DNA of 64,000 bases from contig MU055574.1 of assembly GCA_013239625.1 (NCBI GenBank), positions 26,445,373 to 26,509,372 on the forward strand. Reading direction: 5' to 3'. The position numbers and the translations under genes were made by a program. The notes under the pieces are model-generated. The model did not search any database. It had not been told where the DNA came from and saw nothing but the letters and a program-made list of their open reading frames with translations. Origin of the DNA: Lama guanicoe. Lineage: Eukaryota. This document shows positions 12,257 through 23,241 of the stretch, piece by piece (within the stretch, counting starts at the first letter, position 1; every line of letters begins with the position of its first letter).

Positions 12257-12787
12257 GATCTGCTGTGAGCCACCCAAAAATGATGTGAATTCTGTGTATT
12301 TTTACAACCATCATCTGACCTTTGAAAGACTCAGGAGGGAGAGTGAGGCAGAGAGATCAGAGCCAAGGTGGTGTCCACTCTGGCTGCTGGTTGTGGAGGG
12401 GAGTCGGGGCGTCACGGAAGGTCCTGCTGGAGCCCAACGCTGGGCCCCTCGCCGAGGCTCCGCCCGGGCCAATGGGGAGACGCAGGGCAGGTCTCCTGAC
12501 GGCTGGTGCCTCTAGTAAGAAGAGGGCTTGGGCTCCACCGCGCAGGTGGACAGGATCAGACGTGAACAGTCAAGGCGCCGGCACGCACCTGCGGCCGTGT
12601 ACACGCCTTTGGTCCTTCTCTGAAATCCGAGCCGCGAGCATCTCATGGTCTTCCCCTGGGGGTTCAGACGCAGGACTCAGGAAGCACTCGCCTCCTGAGC
12701 TTTGTCGGAAGTGATGCTGCAGGAGGCGGGGGGCTTGTGGAGGGCGGGCGTCGCTCGTACTGACCGCCCCGTCTGTCCCCCCTCCAG

Positions 12788-12887
12788 GTCCAGTGCCACA
12801 GCTACACGGGGTACTGCTGGTGCGTCACGCCCAACGGGAGGCCCGTCAGCGGCACCGCCGTGGCGCACAAGACGCCCAGGTGTCCCG
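12788..12887 (+). CDS. SMOC2: SMOC2 exon 4, C-half of thyroglobulin type-1 domain 1 (VQCHSYTGYCWCVTPNGRPVSGTAVAHKTPRCP)
   Basis: Acceptor ctgtccccccctccag-type tract ending ctccag|GTC, donor CCCG|gtaggt; 100 nt, phase 0 to 1; QC and CWCV hallmark motifs. This frame is not shown in the ORF track; translated by hand. Confidence 0.97.
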
Positions 12888-14612
12888 GTAGGTCTGACAC
12901 CAGCCCTGCCATGCAGGGCTTGCCCGGTGGCCCTGCTGCTGGCGCCGCTGGCCGGGGCTCTCGTCGTCTTGCCAAGGTTTGCTCAGAACTGGAGAATCAC
13001 GAGGCGTAATGGGAATGGGTTCGCATCGCAGAGCCCCACATATTATGAAACCTTGTCTCTTCGAGAGCTTGCTAGTGGAAGGTCTGGGTCTGGACCGCGC
13101 TGGGTTAAGGCCATCCGGGCTCTTATGTTTGGGAATCACCGCAAGGACTGGCGTCAACAGTGGAAATGACCAGCTGTCTTCCTGGGCCCCAGGGGGGAGA
13201 GTTTCTGGGCTCGTGTGTGTGTTTGCAAAGAAAAAGCGGCTCCTTCTTCTGGGCGCCTTTCCAGGCGGTTTATTCGCGCGGCTTCGTTGCTCGTGTGAGG
13301 CCTTGCTGCGCTAAAGGCGATCGTGTCGTTGAGATACCAGTACAGTGATCTGTTTCCATTCGCATTTTGCCGAGAACGTTATAAATGCTTCAGATCGTTT
13401 TTATTTGAAAACAGTCTGCAGCTCGAGTTTTGACTTCTGATCGCGGGAGGCCTGTCAGACTGCCTGGAGGAGGTGTGGGGGCTCAGTGAGCAGGCTCGGC
13501 TCCCCGAGCAGGGACAGGCTGTCACAGGAAATGCAAAACACCCTCCTGAATTTTTCATGTAAAGCATCGAAACACTTGATTTAGACTTTACTTTTAGGCC
13601 TCTTTTCTGTTTCAAGTGCAGGCCTCTTACAACTAGAAATTCTGTCCGTGACGCAGACCTTCACACCAGGATCAAGGGACGGGTCAGAACTCACAGCCGC
13701 TCCAGAAGGATGTCGTCTGTGACCGTCAGTAACACAAAACTGCGCATCACGTGAAAGCCACGGGGTGTGCACGTGTGGAATTAGAACACACTTATTTAAA
13801 AAAACACGTCTTGTCATCCAAGACTTAAAAATTGCAGATCGTGTATTTTTAGTGAGTTAACACTTGCATCTAATAATTCTTTTACAAACTCATAAAGTAA
13901 ATGAAAGACAGAAAAATCAGCACCTGACGTGGCCGCTGGGTGCGTCCCTCACCCTGAGAGACGCGCGCACGCACTCACGTGTTTCACCCCCGTAGCAGCC
14001 CGTTGAGTCGAGCTGAGCCTGTTTTACAAAGGGGACGGCAGAGGAGACACCTGTTTCTGTGATGTTAGAGACACTTTTGAAAAATTAAGAGGTGTCTGGA
14101 AGAACTGTCTTAGAAAACCGTGTGCCGAATTGGCTGGGTTTCTTACGGTTTCCCAGTAGTACCTGGTGTTTAGAATCCACCCACCGTGCTGTTCACTCAC
14201 GGTGCTCTTTCCAGCCAGCTAGCAGCAACGTCTTCCCGCATGGAAACTCTCTGCTTTTTCACTGCCCTGTGGACTTTTTTGGTTCAAGCGGCGGGTTTTG
14301 GAAGGAAGTGTTCTTCCTTTTTGCTTAGACTCCGGCATTTATCGCAGGGAACACGCCGCGGAGGCGGGAAGGGGGGCCTCAGGCGCGTGCGGGTGGGCGG
14401 GGCCGGCTCTCTTCTTCCGTGGCACGGTTTTGTGGCTTGGCCAGAGTTCCGGAACAATTCTCTTCATCCCCAGTGACATTCAAGCTCTCGTTCTGTAGAA
14501 GCGTGGGCGCGGGAGAGCAGGTGCCTGGGCTCGGGACGCTGGTGGCAACCTGTGTCCGCGGGGGAGAGTTGAGAGAATTTTGAAACGTAAGGGAGAGCTT
14601 TGGTAGGATGGA

Positions 14613-14641
14613 GCGTGTGCGCGCGTGCGCACACACACACA
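14613..14641. repeat. Alternating purine-pyrimidine (CG/CA) tract
   Basis: gcgtgtgcgcgcgtgcgcacacacacaca, 29 bp of strict alternation. Confidence 0.85.
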
Positions 14642-17600
14642 GTGTGTAATAGATTTTTGCACAAAGTGATGTAACTTCTTCCCGGACATTGACATACCCT
14701 CACAGGTCACTTGGGAAACCGTGGTGATGGTGTCGCTTTGCATGAGGTTGTGGTCAGTAACGTGTGTGTCAGCTGGTCAGTGTCCATCGGCACACAGCCA
14801 GGGCGCCCTCCTCCCTTCACTGGGAGGCCAGCTGGCACCTGCTGTGAGCGGAAGGCTTTGCCCACTCTCTGTACGTGATGGGAGCGACTTGCATCCAGTT
14901 CATTAAAACTGGGGAAGGGTCAGCTTCCAGCCGTTACCTCTGGCCCTGGAGTTCACACCAAGGTTACCGTATGAGCACATTCCATGGAAACTTGAAAATT
15001 AGGAAAAAACATTGAAGTTGAGCAGTAAACAGTCACGGCCACTTGAATGCGTGTGTGTGTTTCCTGTGCGTGGGGAAGGCAGGGGACGTCCACTCACTGC
15101 CCAGTTTCAGTGGAACAGAGGGGGCCCCGGCCTCCACGCCCCATCCCCCACTCCCCCAGAAAGACCTGCGGAGGGGAGGGGCCCTCTATTTCTCATGATG
15201 TGTTTTTAAGCCATTAACACAAAGCACCCAAATTCCTACTAATCAATAAGAAAAACGGAGCAGTGAGGCAATCTAGCAGAAACACACTCAAAGTCGAGGA
15301 CGGGCAGCGCTTCATCAATGAGGGATCCCAAGGGCCAGCGGCCACGGGGGAGGGCGTGAGGCTCACTAGCGACAGGGAGACACAAGCCTGCGTCACACTG
15401 AGACGCCCACACCCACGCAGGGGGGCAGGGAGCCCCGCGGGGCCAGTGTGGCATGGGGGGCGCGCCTCTCGCACAGCCAGCTCGCCCCGGGGGCGGGCGC
15501 CCCACCAGCAGCCGGGGACGCTGTCTGCAGGAGGACATGTGTGCAGTGTGCAGAGCACACTGGGTCCTGGGAAGCAGTGTGTGTCCGCTGGTGCCCGACC
15601 ACACAGGTCGCGTGGCTAGCTTGGCTGGGGGGAGGACACTGAGCAGCGGGGCACGGAGGGGGTGCTGTAGGCAGGGGCGGGCTCCGGCCACCTTGTCCAG
15701 AGTGAGAGGATGGAGCCTGGAGCACGCCAGGCTCTCTGAAATTCAGCAGAGACAGCCTGCTCTTAGAGGAGCGGCCTCCGGCGGCCAGACACGAGGACAG
15801 CGGCCAGGCTTAGAAGACAGACGGTTTTGCGATTTGAAAGAGGGGCAAGTGTGGGGCTCCCCCCACCACCCTGGAGGCGGCTTTCCTGGGTCTCTGATGA
15901 GAACTCGCCCTTCTGTGCGTGTGTTCATGTGCTTTTATGCAGAGGCCATTGGTGCACAGATTCAAGAAGTTTCAAACACACATCCCCTTGGAGGGGCAAC
16001 ACGCTGACTTAGGGTCCCCCTAAGGCCGTACGGGATCGACATCCGTCCCCAGGGTTTTGACAGAGGGGAAGGTTCTGGGTGCCAGGGGACCGCGGGAGGG
16101 GAGGCGGGTTAGGACGGCCTGTGCCAGCGAGGGAGGGTTGGCAGGAACGGGAGGTAAAGGAGGAGTCGGGGAAGGGCGGCGCCCGCGTCTTCCGGGGCTG
16201 CTCCGGAGGAGCGGGGGTCTCCCGCCACGGGCCGTCCGGTGGCAGTAGCTGGGCGGACGCTCGTGGAGCTGTACGTCGGGGCCACGCAGCCCAGGCGGGA
16301 CGGGGTTTTGCCTTCTGTTCACAGGTGAGGGCTCCACCCACCGCCGCTGTGCCTGTAAGTGCCGAGCTGGGGTTTCACATCTAGCCCTTGGTCCCCAGGG
16401 CCGGACTCCGTACGGTGCACTCATGGCCTCGGATGCCTGTTTACGAGGCGTGCCGTTTGAGAGCGCGTGTAACTCACGTCTCCGAGCCCCTCAGCCCCTG
16501 GCCATTTTGTCCAGGCCCAACGGGGTGGGGCCCCCACAGTGACAAAGTGGTGACCTGGGACCCACCGTCTCCTTCAACACGCTTTCGTCCGGTCAGCTCG
16601 CGTCTTTGCCTCCTCAGCCGGGAGCTGGCAGCTCATCAGCGCAGGTTTTCACATCAGCAGGTGAGCGGCCTCGTCCTTCCTTCCGACCTCAGGCTCCGGC
16701 TCTCGGTGGAGCTCCGGGTGCAGGCAGCCGTGGGCCTCGTGGGGGAGACGTCGGCGCCTTAGTCCCCAGGGACATGGCATGCCTGGACCATTCACACCTG
16801 GTGGGACCCCTAAGACAGCGACCAGAGCCTTCTCCTTCGTGAATGATGGTGCCCATTCCTGGCGGCCTAGTCGTCAAGGAGGACACCCGGGCTCCACCTT
16901 CCTCCAGAGAAGCCCACTCGCCACGTGTGGTTAAGGAGCACCTCCATCAGCACTGCCCACCGAGCGTTTGCCAGGCCAGGCGCCCGCATCCCGGGCAGGC
17001 TCTGCAGACACACATCGCGGGCCTGGGGCTTCTGTGGCGGAGACCGCAGAGAGGTGTCCTGGAGGAGACGGTCCCTGAAGAAGAGGGCCAAGTTGACCTG
17101 CTGCCCCAGAAGGGGAAGGGTGAAGACCCTGGTCCTTGTCTTACCTGAAAGAGAAGAATTCAGATGGGAGACGGAGCGCTGTGTAGTCAAGGACTTGTTA
17201 GCAAAGGAAGGGCACCTCCAGGAGCGGGAGGCGGGCTGATCCAAGGGCGGTGGCCGAGGCCTTTGCCCGCCCCTCCTCTTACGCCCTCGCTGGGAGGTGG
17301 TCTCTTGATTGGTTGACGGCTCTCCTCTCAGTGCTCGCCCCCTTTGTGCGCATGTCCTCACCCGTGACGCCCACAGAAGGACCCATGGGTGGGGCTGAGC
17401 CGCAATGCTGCTTGTGTTACAATGGGCACTGGGTCGTGCCTGGTAGGTCCTTGTGGTCGCCGCGCAGCGGTAGCTGTCGGGTTCTAACCGGTGTCTTGCT
17501 GGCGCTCATTTAGGGGAAGTAAAGGCCCTTGAGGCTGCATGTGGGCCCACCACCATCCTCCAGACCCTCCGCCCCCCGCTCCACCTGTCTTCCCGGTGCC

Positions 17601-20600
17601 CCCACTTATCTGACTGCTGAACAGACCGGCCCCGGAAGGCGCAGACTGTCTCCTTCCTGCCACTCACCCTCACAGCTGCTGTGGCCTTGCTGCCTTTCTC
17701 CGTAGCATCTTGGCTCCTCTGTCAGGTGGGGAAGGTGAGCGGGGTCCTGAGAAGCTTTCCTTCTGAGGAAATAGCATGTCGCACTGAGACCAAAAAGCTG
17801 CTCTTTGAGCTCCATCCTAACGCTCTTCCGGCCTCTCCCTGCCCGAGAGCGGGCGCTCCTGCTTGTGCCCTGGAGATTCACCCCCCCAGGCCAGTGATCC
17901 CACCCTGGGTCTGCTCGGGCTGGGAGGACAGGGGATTCGCCTGCATCCGGGATGCTCAGGACAGTCAAGGAGATGCCGGGAGCCGACCTGGCCTCCCCTC
18001 CATCCTCCATGGTGCCGAGGGCCCGGGGCCCTGCGTCTTCCTCCTGCACAGCTGACTTATGTTTATTCTGCAGGATTTTCTCCTTTTCATTTTCTTTCTA
18101 AAGATCTGAAGACTGACGTTGTTGAGGGGTGGGAGGCGAGCTGAAAAACAAAGGACACTTTTCCCGAGGGTGGGAGGGTTTGTGTAGCTCCCCCATTCTC
18201 GATTATTTGGAAATAGCTTCAGGGTTTTAATCTCATCTCCCTCTGTAACTGTGCACCCGGCCAAGAGTTGATTCCTGGCAGGAGTACAAAGCGGTTTACG
18301 ACGCTGTGAGCTGAGCCTGCATGCAGGGGCCCTCATTGCTGCAATACCCACAGACTCTCCGTATGAAGCTTCGCTCGGGGTATGTGTTTGAAGTCGGCTG
18401 CAGGCCATGGGTTGCAGGGCAGATGAGAAGCACCTACAAGGGGGCTGGGACTCTGCCCACAGCCCGCCCAGCCCTCTCTAGATCAAGGCCCTTGTAGGGA
18501 GAGCGGTGCCGGGGAAGGAGCGGGCGTCTCCTTGCTCAGCGGACGTGGCCACGGCAAATGTTGGAGGCAGCCTTTCTCACAGAGTAGGGTATCATGTGCA
18601 CTTGGATTTTCATGATGGAAGGAGGCTCTGCGCCCCTGGGGACAGGAATGATCCCGTTCGGGGTCGTTGTTGGGAGTTCTTTCTGCTCAGACACAATCTG
18701 ACTGCCTCTCTGACCAGCTTCTAAACTGGGGTTGGGGCAGGCTCGGTCATGAAGACAGAGAATCTTGGCTTGGACTGGGTAACTCTTCAACCTATGGTTT
18801 AATTCCTGTAACCCTGATCTTTGCATTTTCCTACTGTGCTTAAAGTTGTGGCCTCCACCTGGAATGGTGGACCTCTGACTGTATGAACATCCTTAGGGCT
18901 TCTGAAAGTGTTCACTTTTTAAAGAGAAGATTTTTTTTTAACTTGTATATTTCCCTGGCACTAAGTTAAGGGCCCTGCATAGCTGAGGAACTTGGAAGAA
19001 ACATCCAGAACAGTTGAATTCCCCAATTCTGAAATCAACAACACAGCTGTGCCTCTGAAGTCTCTCTTCAGAAGAACGATGGGCTTGCACATTCAGAGCC
19101 GATCACTTGATTGGAAAGGATGCAGATCAGAGGGAACTTTTTTCCCTGTCAAAATGGCTTTTTCCTCAGGCTTAAAATTCTCTTCCTGAAACGTGATAGT
19201 TGTTAAGAGACAGTGTTTCAGTGCATGTTGGCAAGGAAATGAAGGAGCAGACAACAGGGACGAGGAGGAGAAGACGCACCGGAGACGGAGCCCACTTTTC
19301 CGACGGACAGGAAGCCCGGGAGAGGGGTCAGCTCTGCTGCCAGACTTGAGTGCAGACTCACGGACAAAGTGACTTTCCAGCAAAACAGATCCATGATGTC
19401 ACCTTCGGACACAGACCGCTATGGCGATTTTTGAAGTATCGAGGAAGTTCATTTTACGCCTGTGGTGACACAAAACAGTAATCTGATGCAGCCAGCACAG
19501 GATGTGTAAGGTTTGTTAAAGTTCCAGCTTGTGGAAATTTCAGATGGAATTTAATTGATAATGAAAAAAATTTAAAAACTAAGTGAAATATTCAAGGAAA
19601 AGACCGCAAGCTGTGGTTACTTGCTGAGTCAGTGTGAGGGTGTCGGAGTGCCCCGTCCGGCCGGCGCCGGCCAGGAGACAGGCTTTCCCGCACCCGCTGC
19701 GGGTGGCCAGGGCCCTGGACTGGGCGGCGGTTCGGGGGGCGTCTGAGCCCAGAGCCGCAGCTGGCTGGCTGCCTTTCCCTTTTCAGTCTGGACTTCTTTC
19801 GAGTTATTAATCTACCTGATGGCAACATTTTATTGTTACTAATTTTCCTTTCAGAAAAAAGAGTCCTTTCTGGTGTCCGTGGCTGATTTTTATTGTAATT
19901 CGCTCTGTGACTGCACTTCACGCACAGTGAATTTACTGGCTCATCTGCCACTTCCGTGACTTTAAAAACAGCACGAACGGCCCTTCCCCATCACACGGCC
20001 CTAACTGGCTTTTCTTGCGTATTTTCTAATATTTAGTGACTTTATACAGTGAACTGAGGTCTTCAGAAGTAGCTGGCCCCGGTCTCTGTGAGCCCGCTCA
20101 AGGACAGTGGGTGACCTCTTGCGGGGACGCTCCATGTCTCCGCAGTAAAGGCAAGTGTGTGCATGTTCCTTCCTGTTTTCTTGTTGAACACACAGCACAG
20201 CCTATTTGACGGCTCCTTTTTAAAATGCACAGTCACAGCAGTCAGACGCTGGGGAGGCTGATGGAACCGCTGGCTGCACGCAGCCCTTCTGTAGGAGGCG
20301 GCTCGGATGCTTGTCTTCTCTGGCCGAGGGAGTCCGCAGCGCTCAGACGTTAAAATAAAAAATGTATAGCAAAGACACTAAGGTGAACACTAATGGAAGG
20401 TAAATGCAGAAATAATCTCTCACTTTTTTAAAGAAAAAGGTGTGACTGACAGCCTTCCTCTCTTACCGTTTCGAGAAGGGAGCCCTCAGCCGTGGGGCGG
20501 TCAGCGTGCACACCTCAGCAGTTAGTGAATTCAGAACATTCCTTTTATCTGATGCCCGTCCGCCCAGGAATTGCAGCTGCTCGAAGGCAGAATCTCTAAC

Positions 20601-20924
20601 AGGGGAAACGGCTCATGAAGAACGAAGCCCACGGATGACCCCTGCTTCGGGACGGGGCGCGGGGCTGGCCCAGAGGCTCGCTGGGTGGAAACAAGTCAAT
20701 TTTGCCTGGCTTCTCTGTCCACGGAAACATAGAAATAGGAAAATGGGAGACACCGCGGCAGGGCTGGGGGCGGGATGGCTAGAGGGAGCCTCTGGAGCTC
20801 GGCAGACAAGTTCGTAATAACAGAAAGATACGTTAATAAGAAGAAGAATGAACAGTAACAGTGACTGCAGGAAGCGCAGGCTGGGCCCTTCCCCTAGGGC
20901 TCTGGAGCTGGATTTTGGGCCACA

Positions 20925-21050
20925 AAAGGGCTTGATAACCCAGGCTCGTGGGCTCCACCCCGAATTTCTAATTCAGTGGGTCTGGGAGGAGGCCTGAGGG
21001 CCCACTTTTTAATGCGTTTCCAGGTGAGGACGCAGTGCCTCCGGGCTGGG
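20925..21050. mobile_element. MER5A-like hAT-Charlie DNA transposon remnant
   Basis: gggctccaccccgaatttctaattcagtgggtctggg..ggcctgag..ttccaggtga resembles the MER5A core. Confidence 0.7.
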
Positions 21051-22754
21051 GAGCCCGAGACCCCCACCCCGTGCCGACTCCATCTCCAATGCTGGCGGCG
21101 TCCTGGATCTCCCTCCGGGTGGCCTGGCGGCCGGCTGGGGTCCTGTCTCGGTCACACTGCCTGGACATCCTCTAAGATGACCAGGAGCCTTTGGCCCGAG
21201 CCCCTCAGCCGTCTGGTGGAAGGGGTGTGCTGGGCCTCGGAACAGCAGCTGGACCCGGGTGCTGAGAAGTCGGGGCACAGCCTCAGGGACCCCACAGGGG
21301 CCACAGGCAGAGCTCACGGTGGGCACCCAGGTCTCGGCAGGGGCTGCAGTGCGGACAAGAGGCCCTCCAGCTGGCGGGGGGGGGGCTGGCTGCTGAGGGG
21401 CCCAGCCGCAGGTGAAGTCTGCGTTGGGGCAGCTGCTTTCTGTGCCCCCTCGGGCTCACGGCGTGCAGAGCCCTGCCCGGGAATGGAGAAAACTCCAGGA
21501 GGAGTGGGTCGCTTTTTCCCTGGGTCTCAGGACCTCCCCTGGGTGGAGACGTTCATTAACTGTAGAGTTTGTACTTCCAGTTACTCGCAGGACTGGAAAT
21601 CTGGAGGAATTGTCTGTATTCCCTTTTATTGTGTCCACAGAGGCAGGAGGATGAAAGTGCAGACGGCTTCCGTGGCTTCCTTCTCTGTTTCCTTTAGAGC
21701 CGGGGTCCCCAGGGTCAGCGGTCTTGGAAGTCATGGTTCTAGGAAACCTCGCTCACCTGGTGTCAGGTGTCACATCTGCCTGTGACGTCCTGGATGTGGT
21801 CGGTCCAGAGTGTCTCATGTCACACACAAGAAGACCTCCCATTCAGGAGAGCTGCCTCCCCGTCTACTAACACTCAGCAAGCGTTGCCGTGGAATTGGTT
21901 TTGGATCGGACCAGCCAGTACCAAGGCGCGATCCCTGCCATGCCCTGAAGACCGCAGGACAGGTCAGAGCCGGACGCTGGTGCTGTGGGCAGGAGTGAAG
22001 CCCCCGGGGCCTTCCCGGCCCTGGGTCCGGCTGGGAGGGATGGGGCCACGCCGATGCCGCTCGGCAGGCGGACTCGGGGACCTGCCGTGGCCCCCCTGCT
22101 GCTCGGACGTCTCAGTTTCTCACCTGCTTTGACACGGACGTAAACGGGGCTGCGTCCCCGTCAGCTCTGGGAGGTGGCCGGGGCATTGTGCCGCACTGGT
22201 TTACGAAAGTCTGCCTGATGGCTCCGGTGTGCACGTCCTCTCAGCCGCATGACGGCCCCTCACGCCCACCCCAGGGCAGCGCCCCACCAGGGGGCCGGGG
22301 GCAGGGCCGGCTGGTTTCTAGGAACTCCTGCTCCTGTGTGGTCGGGGCGCTGGCCCTGCACCTTCGCAGTGTGTCCCAGGCTCGGCCCCTCTCTGACTCT
22401 GCTCCCCACCCCTGCACCTGCTCACGGCTGGGAGGGGGTGAGCAGGTTTGAGGTCAAACGGTGCCCCCGGAACCGCCAGGGCTGCAGTGACCTCAGGCCT
22501 TCCACATGCGGCCCAGCATGGGGCTCTGCAGAGGCTGAGATGAGGAGGGGTGGCCTGTGTCCCCGCAGACAGAGGACGTGCCGTTTACAGAGATGCTTCT
22601 GAGTGTTCCGAGTGTCGGCTGTGCTCTGGGACCTGCCGCGCTCCACCCCCCCCCCGCCGGCCTGTGCTCCCCGCCCCTTCCATCTTCCTCTGTGGTGGGG
22701 GCGCCCTGGCCGCTCAGACCAAGCTAGCTCCTGTCCAGGCTAAAAGCACAGCCC

Positions 22755-22905
22755 GGACCCAGCTTCTGCCACTTACTGGCCCAGTGACCTTGGCCATCAT
22801 GCAGCTCTCTGGGCCTCAGTCTCCTCATCCATCTAATGGGTACACCAGTGGTGCCTGCTGCAGGCTTGCTGTCAGCATTAGATGGCCTGACGCATGTGAA
22901 GGCCA
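22755..22905 (+). mobile_element. MIR SINE core
   Basis: cccagcttctgccacttactgg..gtgaccttgg..ctctctgggcctcagtctcctcatc..taatggg..attagatg..gcatgtgaagg matches the MIR core. Confidence 0.8.
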
Positions 22906-23185
22906 TAGAGCGATGACCAACACGCAGGGGGAGCTGCACAGACAGTCCCGACAGGCACAGCTGTAATGTGCATTCTTTGAACAGTTTCTGTTGAATGCCT
23001 ATCGCTGCAAAGCAGACGGAGCTTCTCAGAGCTGGGTCTCGTGCAGGCTGCAAGCTCCCGATGACCGGGCTTCACGGGGCCTCTGCTTTCAGAGCCCAGT
23101 GTTGTCAGCCTAGTGGTCTGACCCCAAGGAGCGGGAGGAGGGGTCTCTTCCAGAAGATGCTGGGGAACTAGCCTCTGTCCTTTCA

Positions 23186-23241
23186 CTCCTCTTCCCTCCC
23201 TCCCTCCCTCTCTCCCTTCCTCCCTCCCTCTCTCCCCCTTT
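23186..23241 (+). repeat. Pure polypyrimidine (CCCT/CT)n tract
   Basis: ctcctcttccctccctccctccctctctcccttcctccctccctctctcccccttt, about 55 nt with no purine. Confidence 0.9.

Noticed and set aside
18050-18135. Two acceptor-like tracts (ttctgcag, ttctttctaaag)
   Set aside because: Only a weak donor follows and the peptide has no SMOC similarity; exons 4 and 5 already join correctly.
19831-19860. TACTAAT + pyrimidine tract + CAG as an unannotated exon acceptor
   Set aside because: The branch A is only about 12 nt from the AG and no good GT donor follows at a typical exon distance.
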